64,000 bases of DNA from Azolla caroliniana (taxonomy: Eukaryota; Plantae; Polypodiophyta). The notes under the pieces were generated by a model. The model was not told where the DNA came from and did no database searches. It was given only the letters and a program-made list of their open reading frames with translations. Position 1 is the stretch's first letter. Each line of letters starts with the position of its first letter. The stretch lies in contig JBHGNT010000006.1 in assembly GCA_043228905.1 (NCBI GenBank), positions 15,004,001-15,068,000 of the forward strand. The letters run 5' to 3'. A program made the translations under genes and the position numbers. Below, one piece after another: positions 1 to 11,500 of the stretch.

Positions 1-93
1 TCCTCTCATATGACAATAAGCTATCTTAATGGTTGAGGTTTTCAATTATGGATTACAAGGTTCGAGGTTCAAGTCCGGGTGACGCCATAATGC

Positions 94-290
94 TCATGTC
101 TTCATGACAGAGGGTAGCCATGTTTACCCTAGCCGATAACACTTTTGGCACGCCTGGTGATCTAGCCGAACATCAGGGAATGGATGACGACTAATGGTCA
201 TGTGTTCATGATAGAGGGTAGCCATGTTTACCCTAGCCAGTAACACTTTTGGCATGCTAGGTGATCTAGCCGAACATCAGGGAATGGATG
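94..290 (+). repeat. 104-bp tandem duplication of the LTR end plus PBS
   Basis: TCATG..GAGGGTAGCCATGTTTACCCTAGCC..TAACACTTTTGGCA..GGTGATCTAGCCGAACATCAGGGAATGGATG occurs at 94 and at 198. Confidence 0.9.
146..163 (+). promoter_or_regulatory. Primer-binding site (tRNA-Arg type, TGGCACGCC)
   Basis: TGG start 4 nt after the terminal CA. The identical sequence is on the minus strand at 20167-20184. The tRNA identity is from memory of plant Gypsy PBSs. Confidence 0.7.
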
Positions 291-1196
291 TCTAGCCGTC
301 GATGCACAAGAGAACCAATTCATCAGGATAGACCACCGACCCGGTCCGTAACCCGAAGAGCAGAGGAACGCACTGCGCGAAAACTATGCCTCAACAACTG
401 ATTTCCAGGTCTCTTGGAAAATACACTCGAATCAATGCTCACTGAGCAAAGTGGGACTGGGTAGGAGTTCCTATCCCCCCTTCACCACTATAGAGAAACC
501 ACTCGCACAACACAAACCTCTCCACACCGCGTCGGTAGTATTTTCCTTAACCTCAGTCAATCTACTATGATGGCCTTCTCATACCCTGATTTCCGCGGTG
601 ACACTGATGCCGAATGTCACGCTCGATTGTTCCTGAATGTGTGGAACGCGAACCATGTGTCACAATGGCTCCCGGAAGCTGAAGCTCACGCTTCCAAGGT
701 CCCGGAGTTTGGTCTGACCCTCGACTGATGGGCCACCCGTTGGCATGCCAAGGTGAACATTGCGGCTTTCGCCTCCTTCCAACAACTCCAGTCAGTGTTT
801 TTACACTTCTTTCACCGAAGCATTCCGCAACGCGAAGTTATCAGACAGTTCTAATCTATTTGGCAGCTCCTATAAGAGTCCGTCACTAATTTCAGCCTAC
901 GGTTCTAGAATCTAAGGCGCTAGTTGACGAGAGCTCCCATGGAAGACAATCTGCCACCCCCAGGCGCATATGGTGGACCAATGCGAATGTAATATGTTAA
1001 ACCACCCTATAGCACCGGTACATCGTATCGAGCGTCAATGTACTAACAGACAAAGCAACCGAAGCCAACAAGAGGAGCACTACTGGAATTCGGAGCGCAA
1101 CCATCGTGCGGGCTATCCCAGCCATCCTCATCGCGACAATGATCCATATTCGGAGGATGAGGATCAAGAGGACGAGGAGTACCCAAGAAATGCCCG

Positions 1197-3033
1197 TGTT
1201 GAGAGTCGAACTCAACTTCCCATAGAGATAGGTTTCACACTAGCTCAGGACATACCAGGCTAGCTTTGTAAATAGATGAAAGGGCACGTGCCCTAGCCTA
1301 GTCGGTATTTAAACCAACCTTTTGTAACTTAGTTACTATTGGAAGTAATATACAATTTCTTGTTCGATCTGTGTGTGTGTGTGTGTGTGTCTTACAGTCA
1401 CACACACACACACACAATCATCTTCTGCTGCACTAAATCTTTCTCGTTTCTTTACATGGTATCAGAGTGTGTGGTTAACTGGTCAAACTCGCTCAAAAAT
1501 GCTATGATCACAACAACGACAATCATTAGAACCAGTTCAAGAAATAGAGAAGAAATTGAAATCATGAACACTAAGATGGGAAGCGCTCTTCCTACAGAGA
1601 AGCTAGATGGAACAAACTTCGCATCTTGGGAGTACAAGATGCATCAATACCTTGTTGTACAAGGCTACTGGAGCTATATTGAAGGTGCCCACGAAACGAA
1701 ACCCAACCCAACACACGCTGACTACCCAACTTGGGAGTAGGCCGTGAGCCGTGTGTTGTATTACCTTGCATCATGCGTTCATGATCACATGCTCAGCTAC
1801 ATTCGAGAGTCAAAAAACCCGAAAGAGGCATGGGGCAATCTCATGAAGATTTTCGCAGCAAACACGGCTACACGTAAACTCGAACTTTGACTAGAACTAA
1901 TAGTATTCAATAGAGCGACATGTCAATCGACACCTACACCTTGAAGATCAAGGAGCTGTACGATGCCCTCAGGTCGATTAATGTCCTCATCGATGATGAT
2001 GAAATGGTGCAAATATGGGTCAGAGGCTTGGCACCTCGATTCAACACAATAAGTTCGGTTGTCCTCGCGAGAGAGAATCCTCTCTCCTTCTTTGATCTCC
2101 AGTCGATACTGTTGGTCGAAGAAAATCATGTTCGACAAAAGAACAACTCACATGATGGTTAGTTGCTCTATTCAAACCTCAGTGGAGGAAGAGGGCAAGG
2201 TTGAGGAAATAGAGGCCGAGTCAGACGAGGTTGACACAACCAAGAGTAACCCTGTGAAAACAACTCCTACTACCAACATGACACGTCAAACATGCGAGGC
2301 GGAGTGCCCAAAAGAAGGGGGAGCCATCCTACCGGACCAAGCAATTGTAATAGCCCGATCGAATTCGGGTACTACGGAAAACTCAGCCACTATGAAGAGG
2401 AGTGCCGAAAGAAGAAGCAAGACTCTGCTTCGACCAGTCGACAACTCACGAATTACGCATCGAATTACGACCACGACGATCGTAGCGGAATGTTCATGAT
2501 GAGGCACAAAGTGCATTCAATGGCGACACAAGGCGAAACAAGCACCACACCCTCAGATAATGTATGGTTTGTTAAATCAGGAGCATCCAATCATATGACA
2601 TCTCATAAAGATTGGTTCCAAAAATTACAAAAGCCCGAATGGCCCGAATATGTCGAAATAGGAAATGACATGACACATTCAATACAACATATCAGGAACG
2701 TCCCATTCGGAAACGACGACAAACAAACCTACCTCAAAAACGTCCTGAAAACGACGATTGAGTCGTAGCTCACGGCTGTCGAGAAGGCCAAATAATGTTC
2801 ATCCTCGAGTTGAGCGAGGTGAAGTTCGCTATGTTTGCTAATGGCATCAAAGTCGAAACTGACTTGAAACTGTGGCACAAGCGAATTGGCCATGTCAACC
2901 TCCAGAAGCTCCAGAATATGCAATCGAAAGGAGTCGTAATCAGACTCCCGAAGTTTACCAAGAAGGAGATTACGGGCATATGCGAGCTGTGCCAGTTCGG
3001 AAAACAACGCAAACATCCATTTCCAAAAGAGTG
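1197..3033 (+). mobile_element. Ty1/Copia element A, 3'-truncated and decayed (5' LTR, PBS, gag, protease, GAG-pre-integrase)
   Basis: LTR TGTTGAG..TTTACA (1197-1456) and iMet PBS TGGTATCAGAG (1457-1467). Gag KLDGTNFASWEYKM, protease remnant WFVKSGASNHMT and LWHKRIGH..CELCQFGKQ are present, with many stops and frameshifts. Confidence 0.9.
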
Positions 3034-6000
3034 TGTAAACGATTACTTGCGGAAGCGTTAGAAAATAGAGAAAGCAGAGAATACACAAAGTACACGGGAG
3101 AGACAGAGAGAGCAGAATGTAAAAGCTATATTCAAAAACGATATAAACACTCTGTCCATAAAACTGTGCTTAGTAGCACTATTTATACAAGTCCTCGTGG
3201 GACTGACAAAAGTACCGCGTACTTCAATGCTCGCACGAGCATCTGACACTTACTACAAGACTATAACTGCCTAGTAGTCTAAACTAATACTAGGCTTCCA
3301 GTTACCGATTGGATCCAGCTAACCGGCTCTGTTGCTTGCTGGCTCGGTTGCTCACAGGCTTACCGATCCGTCTCGCTTGCCGGCTCATGCTTATCCAGCC
3401 TGCCGGCTCCAGTTGAGCTTGCCGCTCAACACTCCCCCTCAAGCTCAACTTGAGGTTGGATCCTAGTGTCAGCCTCTATGGCAGTCGGTTCATTCAACCG
3501 ACTTCTCCTGGTGTCGTTCCGCCTTGCTCGCACTCCTCGTCTGGTCAGGTTCTGTTTGCCACGACCCATCTTTTTCTGCGCACCTCGACCTCCTCGGTTG
3601 GCTTGTCTGCTCAACAAGCCCAATTCAGCTCCCTTGTTGTTGTGACTTCGGCGCGTTCCAGTTCGCCGATCCCTTTGTATTGGCGTCGACTTTTGCTGCC
3701 TTCGTGTCCTCTTGGCGTTGAATTGATCTCGTTCTTCCGAATCTATCTGTTGAACCGAATCGACTATCTCTGATTCGTTCCAGCTCTTGTCCAAATCGAT
3801 TGCTCCCGATTCGACTTCTGGTTCCAGGCCCTTCACCACATCGGACCATGTCCGGGTCTTGGCCTTCTTCCTTCGGTCGGCTCTATCCTTCTTGACTCTG
3901 CCGCCGCTGCCGCTTGTTCCGACTTGTTCGGACGTGTCGACTTCCCTTGTTGACTCGGCTCCGTTCTTCTTCTTGACGCAATCCGCAGTCTCTTTGCCTT
4001 TGCCCGTTCCGGTGTCTTTGCCCGTGTCTTTGCCCGTTCTCCCCCTCAAGTGTGGCATGTCGAGATGCTGAACACCAAGCATTTCGGTGAAGTGCTGCAA
4101 CTTGTCCAATCCGAGCGGTTTGGTGAAGATGTCGGCAACCATCCGATCTATGTGAACATACCGAAGTTCGACTTCACCGCTCAGGACACGCTCACGCACG
4201 AAGTGATAGTGCACTTCTATGTGCTTTGTGCGAGCATGGAATATGGGGTTCTTGGTGAGTTGCATGCTGCTTATGTTGTCGCAGTAGACCAGAATCGGGG
4301 TCGATACCTCGATCCGTAGGTCTTGCAGCAGTCGTCAAAGCCAAATGGCTTCACAAGTGGCAATGGTAGCACCCCGATACTCGGCCGCAGTGCTCGACAG
4401 AGCAACTGTTGGTTGCTTTTTGCTGCTCCACGCAACAACCGCGCTACCTAGGGAAAACATGTAACTGGAGGTTGATCGGCGATCTGATGCATCACCGGCC
4501 CAATCGGCATCTGTGTAACCGACCAGCTCTTCGGGTATACCGTGCCGGTATAACAGGCCCCGGTCCTTCGTGCCGCTTACATATCGTAGTATCTGTTGCG
4601 CGCAATGAAGGTGCTCCACGGTCGGCTTCTGCATGAACTGACTTATCATTCCGACCATATAGCTGATGTCAGGTCGCATGATAGTCAAGTAAATAAGGCT
4701 TCCGACAATTTGTCGGAACCGTTGCTCATTGTAGGCCGGTCCGGAGTTGGGATGAAACTTCTGGTTCTGGTCCAAGGGTGTGGAGACAGGTCGGCATTCT
4801 GTCATGCCGAACTTGTACAACATATTCAAACGTAATGTCGTTGTGAGAGTAATATGCCGTTCGGGGTTCGGATCACCTCGATCCCAAGAAAATAATGAAG
4901 GTCCCCCAGGTCCTTCATCTCAAATGCGTCCGACAACTGGGACTTCACGCAGTTAACTTCTGGAAGACCCGGTCCGGTGATGACTAAATCATCAACATAT
5001 AGAAGGATACATACTGGATTGGTTGAGCCTTGCTGGATGAACAACGCAGAGTCGGACTTGGAGGCCGCAAACCTTATCTTATGCAACCGGTGTGTGATCT
5101 TTGCAATCCAAGCTCGAGGGGCTTGCTTCAAGCTGAACAATGACTTCTTTAGCCGACATACCGCCGACTTGTTCATCTCCGATTGAAAACCGGGGGGTTG
5201 AGTCATAAAGACTTCTTCTTCAAGATCACCCTGAAGAAACACATTCTTCACATCCATCTGGTGAAGATGCCACCCCCTTTTTGCAACAATGTCCAGGACC
5301 ATACGAACTGTCGTCATCTTCACTACCGGAGTGAAGGTCTCATCATAGTCGATTCCGTGGGTCTACGCGTATCCCTTCTCCACTAACCGGGCCTTGTACC
5401 GGTTAACTGAACCGTTTGCGTTGTACTTTACCTTGTACACCCACTTGCATCCGATCGGTTTACAGTGACGGGGAGGGTCAACTAGGTCCCATGTCTCGTT
5501 CACATCAAGTGCCCCCATTTCTTCCTTCATAGCAGCACGCCAATTGGTGTCCTTTGCCACTTTTACGTAACTCTCCGGCTGACGAACCTTCCGCCACCTT
5601 AGTCATGTACGCATAATGATGCGCCATGTACTCATTGTACCCATACCGCTTGACGGGATCCTTCTGGCGGGTGGACCGGCGTAACTCAACGTTACCCGGT
5701 TTGAGGCCCTTCTTGGCCGGTTCGGCCTTTGTTGCCGAAGATCCGCCTTTCTCCTTGTTAGAGTCGGATGCACACCGATCCGACTCATCGTTGCCGGTTT
5801 CGAATTCCGGCATCTTCTTCTTCCCCTTCTCTTTGTGCGTGAACCATCTCCTCGGTTCCTTGCGCGGGGAGTGCACGGCGGAGTCTCCATTACTCACCGG
5901 TTCCTCATTGGACCAGTCAGATTGACTCAGTCTCTCATTCGGCGCGCTCAACCGGAACGATTCCGGACTCTCATCCTGAGTCCACGCTTCATCATCCTCT

Positions 6001-6628
6001 ACTTGGGCCGGTTCAGGCTCACTAGCCTCATCCACCGGCATCGGGTCGGAATCAGAAGTCGGAGTCGGTAAGGAATACCATGATGCCGATTCATCGAACT
6101 CGACATCTCGGCTAACTCTGACCTGCTTTGTCCGGGGGTTATAACACTTATAACCCTTTTACTCTTGAGCATAGCCGACTAGGATGCATTTTTCCGATTT
6201 TGCATCCAGCTTCCTCCGCTTCTCATCTGGTACATGCACATATGCAATGCTACTGAAGATCTTAAGGTGTCTCAAATTCGGCTTGCGTCCGAAATACAGC
6301 TCGTGAGCTGACACCTTGTCACCGATCCGATTCTGGATGTAGACAACCGTTCGGACTACCTCCGCCCAATAGAATTTGGGCATGCTCTTCTCCTCTAGCA
6401 TTGCCCTTGCCGCATCAATAAGCGACCGGTTCTTCCTTTCGGCAACACTGTTCTGTTGCGGTATGTATCTGTAGCTGAACTCTCGCTGAATTCTCTTTTG
6501 CTACAGATAACTGTTGAATTGGCCGGAAAAATATTCTTTTCCGCCATTCGACCGAAGGCATTTGATCTTCCTCTCCGATTCCCGTTCCACCATGATTTGG
6601 AGACTCCGGAAACACTCGAAGACTTCAC
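3034..6628 (-). mobile_element. Ty1/Copia element B, 5'-truncated (integrase part, RT, RNase H, PPT, 3' LTR)
   Basis: 3' LTR 3034-3431 (TG..CA) and PPT CTTGAGGGGGAG at 3432-3443. RNase H motifs HARTKHIEVHYHFVRE and YTDADWAGD, RT motifs LLYVDD and HQMDVKN, and integrase motif CILVGY are split by stops and frameshifts. Confidence 0.92.
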
Positions 6629-8595
6629 CATCGATCTCGGGAGGAACAGGCTCCACCAACAAAGCCGATGGCACCCCCAGTCATCGAAAAAGGGGAGTCC
6701 AGTGTCCGTTGTTTTATTTTCCAACAGCCAGGACACTGCGCGACTCAATGCCCACGACGCGATAAGGGGAAAGGGCTAACTGTGAACAACATAACGGCAG
6801 AAGTCCTACAAGTTACGACCTGTAGTAAGGCTAAAACCACAGAATGGACGAAGCAAGACGTGATCCGCGAAGCTGCGAAAGTGTGGGTGGAGAAGGCAAA
6901 TGAAGCCAATGTTAAACGCATGCGCTAGGAGTCAGCAAATGCCGCTTCGTCTGCCATCTGCCCACGAATTGGAAACAACACTAACGACGGATCCGTTATG
7001 GCAAGCACTTGATGATTTTCAAATTACTCTAACATTGGATAAATTATTGAACCTGGTTCCCCGATTCTGGCAGACCGTGGAAACACGAATCCGGGGCAGG
7101 GATAGAGTCGAAATTCCGGCTAATTTTACGGCATCTAGTACGGAGCCAATTGTAGTTGATCATCACAATTTGACTATCAAGGTGGTTCTGCACGGCCAGG
7201 AAATCACAGGCTGCATTATCGATGGCGGTTCCGGAGTAAATGTGATCAGTAAGGCCACATGTAGGCCCCTGGCATTATAGAGTTGGAAGTGTGTCCATTT
7301 TGGCTCTGTATGGCAGATACCCACTCCGTCAGACTATTGGGGTTGGTCCGAAAATTAAAAAACGTGATAGGTGGCCATGCCTTTGACATCACAATCATTG
7401 TTTTGGCTGTTGACGCTCCTAGCGCATACGCCATCTTGTTAGGTCACCCATGGTTATGTTCCGCTAATATAAAGCAGAATTGGCAATTTAACAGCATTAG
7501 CTTCCGCCAGGGCCGAGCCAAGGTTTGGGTGCCGACGACGGAAACCACATCACCCACAAAAGCAATAATACCGCTATATGTGGAAGAGGTCAACATGCTG
7601 GAAGGGCTGGACGAAGCGGAACTTGAGGCGTACCTAGACGAGAATCCACGAATAGTACCATTGTTCGAGATAACGTCCTAGAGACGGCTAACGGATATGT
7701 TGCGTTGTCCACACCATATACGGAGGAGTACAAACCAGAGCTGGAATCATTGCCGGAACTGCGCAAAGCGCGTGATGCGTTTGATTGAGAAATGTACATT
7801 TCTCGACGAGTCACAACATCGAGCTTGGAGGAGATTGATGTAGGGATGCTTGAGGCACCACAACCACTATCCATCGCAAAGAACTTGATGCCTGACGAAA
7901 GAGTAACGATGATTGACTTATTACAGGAGTATAAAGATATGTTCGCATGGTCACACAACACATGAAAGAGCTGGACCCGAAGTTTTACCAACATCAAATC
8001 AATTTGGCAACGGACACGAAACCAGTTTAGTAGTGGTGCCACCGCATGAACCCGAATTACGTGGTGCCTGTGAACGAAGAAATTGATAAAATTTTAAAAA
8101 TTGGGTTCATTCGATCGGTAAAACAAATCACATGGCTTAGCCCGATCATGGTCATAACAAAGAAAAATGGCAAAATGCTCATTTGTATCAACTATCGCAA
8201 ATTGAATGTAGTTACGATCACAGACGCCTTTCCCTTGCCATTTACAGATAGCATACTCCATGCCGTGGCGGGCCACGAAATGTACAGCTTCCTAGATGGG
8301 TTTAGCGGGTACAATCAGATACGTATTCACCTAGAAGACCAGGAGAAAACTGCCTTCATAACAAATTAGGGCATTTTCGTGGCCGTAGTCATGACGTTCG
8401 GATCGAAGACCACCCCAACTACGTTCGAATGCATCATCATCGATTTTTTCAACGAGTTCATCCCCGTGTTCATGCAAGTCCCTCTCGATGACTTTGTGGT
8501 TTATGGAACACGAGCGGATCATTTAGGAATTTAGGACTATGCTTGGAACAATGCCGTTCAACTCGACTCAGCCTCAATCCCGCCAAATGCGCGTT
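6629..8595 (+). mobile_element. Gypsy element A continued (zinc knuckle, protease, RT N-terminal part), decayed
   Basis: Degenerate knuckle CFIFQQPGHCATQC, protease IIDGGSGVNVIS, RT motifs MNPNY..WLSP..DGFSGYNQI and LDDFVVYG. The segment ends at LNPAKCA. Confidence 0.88.
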
Positions 8596-11500
8596 ACAAT
8601 CGACACAGTGTATGCCCATAGGGTGTTGTGCATCTTCGTGTCCCAATCCGTGCGGTTGTCGTTCATGAGCTTTTTCAAGTCCATTGGTCTGTGGATAATA
8701 CAACGTACTTTTCTTATGAACTATGGTGTAATGTTAAGTGAGATCGTGGATGATTGTATTCAGAAAATGACTTCCTTGATCGTTGATAAGCTCAATAGGG
8801 CAACCGAAATGGCACCAAATGTGCTCGTATAGGAATTTGGCCGTGGAAGTCGTGGTGTTGTCGCATAACACTTTTGACTTCCACGCATTTCGTACAACAG
8901 TCAGTGGCAAATAGGATATATTTATTTCCTGTTCGAACTGCGGCTGGAATAAATGGTCTGACAAAGTCGAGACCCCATTTCTGGAATGGCTCGAGTGGTA
9001 GTACGGGCTGATGGGAAATTCGTGCTAGCTCTGTTGGTTGGCCCATTCACTGACAAAGGTCGCATTCTTTCCAATATGCATAAGCATCCTTTTGCGTTAT
9101 TGCCCACCATAGTCCTCCTTGCCATATTGTGTGGGCAGTTACATCCCCCGCATAGTGTTCCCCTGCTGTGCCGCATTAGCCTCTCATAATACTGCGTCCT
9201 TCTCGCCTTGTCGTACACACCGTCGCTAAATGCTGTTGTTGCCCTTATCGTATAGTATTCCTTCTAATAAATAGAAGTTCCGGCTCCTGACCGCCAGTTG
9301 TTTCTTCTCGTCCATTAGTAGCCGCGGAGGTGGCAACCCCGTACTTAAGGAATAAGTAATTCCCATTAGCCATTTATCCGGGGACTGCTTGCCTTCTTCC
9401 ACTGTGGTTGTCGTAATACACAAGATTTCAGTGTCCGGAAAGTCATCGTGCCCCGCTACTGCGTCGCTGCCATTGTTGATCCAGCTTAGATAATTCACTA
9501 CAACATGTTGGGTCCCTAGTTGATGTTGTATTTCAAACTCAAATTCTTGTAACAATAGCATCCACCATGCCAATTTCCCGGTTAGTGATTGTTTAGAGAC
9601 GAGGTACAACAATGCGACGTGGTCCACGTGGAAGGTGAATTTTCGACCCAATAGATAATGCCGGAATTTGTTGATGGTGTAGATCATTCCTAAGGCTTTG
9701 CGTTTGGTTGTTGAATAGTTTCGGCGTCTGTTAATTGATGCATGAGTGTGCTACTGATGGCTATGTTGGATGCATCGACAAACATGTGAAATGGTTTTGA
9801 CCAGACCGGAGGTTGTAAGACTGGTGCTTGTGTAAGCATCACTTTTAGTGCTTCGTACGCCTTATCTTCCATCGCGGTCCATTTGAATGATGTGTGGTGT
9901 ACTGTGGCGTGTATTGAGGTTGCAAAATCCGCCAGATAATGGAACATGCGGCTGTGCCATTGAATTTACCCCAAGAAGTGGCTAAGAGCCTTTGCGTTGC
10001 CAGGAGTCGGTACCTCGACGATGGCTTTGGTTTTCCCACAATCTACTATGATACTGTCCCTGCTCACTATGTGCCAGAGAAGGGCTCTACTGGTGACTCT
10101 GAACACACACTTGGCCGGATTGAGGCTGAGTCATGCAGCACGACATCGTTCTAAGCATAGTCGTAGATGGCCTAGGTGATCCGCTCGCATCCCATAAACC
10201 ACAGAGTCATCGAGGAAAACCTGCACGAACGTAGGAATGAAGTCGCCAAAAATTTCAACGATGATGCGTTGGAATGTGGCCGGGGCGGTCTTTAATCCGA
10301 ACATCATTACTATGGCCATGAAAACGTCCCAGTCTGTTACCAAAGCGGTTTTTTCCAAACATCCGGGTGCATGCGTATTTGGTTGTACCCGCTAAACTGA
10401 TCCAGGAAACTGTACATTTCATGGCCTGCGACAACGTCGAGTAGACTATCCATAAACAGTAAAGGGAAGGCGTCTGTGATTGTAACTGGATTTAATTTCG
10501 GTAGTCGATGCAAACCCGGGCTAAGCCATGTAGCTTGCTTCACTGGCCGAATAAACCCAATTTTCAAAAGTTTATCGATTTTCTCCTTTACGCGTGCCGC
10601 GTAATTTGGATTCATGCGATAGCGTCGTTGCTGAACCGGTTTCGCGTCCGTGGCTAGATTAATTTTATGTTGGTAAAATTTTGGGTCTAGTCCCTTCATC
10701 TCGTTGTGCGGCCATGCGAATACATCTTTATATTCTCGTAATAGGTCAATCATTGCAACCTTTTCGGTAGGCATTAGGTCCTTTGCTATCGACAATGACT
10801 GTGGTGCTTCCATTGTCTCTACATTGATTTCTTCCATGGTCGATGTTGTGACTTGTAGAGAGATCTCCATTTCTTGCTCAAACGCATCCCGTGCTTTGCT
10901 CCGCTCCAAAAGTGATTCTGGATCTGGTTCGTACTCCTCGCCCTTTGGTACGGTCGATGCTACGTACTCGTTAGCTTTCTCGAGGATGTCTATCTCGAAC
11001 AACGATATGATCCGTGTGTTTTCATCAAGGTATGCTTATAGTTCCGTATCATCTATCCCTTCTAGCATGTTGACCTCTTCCGCATATAGTGGCATTATCG
11101 CTAATGCAGTTGTACTGCCAATTTTGCTTGATATTAACTGAGCATAACCATGGTCATTCTAACAAGATAGGGTACGCTCCTAGAGCGTCGAGAGACAAAA
11201 CAACGTCTGCAATTTCAAAGGCATGACTGGTGATTACGATCCATAACTTCCGAACCAATCCCAACAGTTTGACGGAACGAGTGTAAAAAGTAGCGTGCGG
11301 AAGCAAGTATAAAGACCGAACAGAAGGAAGAAAACTCAAGTTCAATGGAGAGCTTGAGCTTATGCAGTATACGCCGGAGAGACAGAGACAGAGAGAGTGA
11401 GAGAGAGAAACTACAAGAACTATATTCAAAAGTACTCAATCTCTATTCACTACTCTATACATATGTGTGTTGAATGAACACTTTTATACAAGTCCTAGAA

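Larger units (their letters stand above)
1..1196 (+). mobile_element. Ty3/Gypsy element A, 5' part (LTR 3' end, PBS, decayed gag)
   Basis: LTR-like end ...GATAACA (141), then PBS TGGCACGCCTGGTGATCT (146-163). Decayed gag follows (YPDF..DTDAECHARLFLNVWNAN). It is collinear with the minus-strand copy at 18.7-20.2 kb, and ORF 970-1263 matches ORF 18672-19205. Confidence 0.8.
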
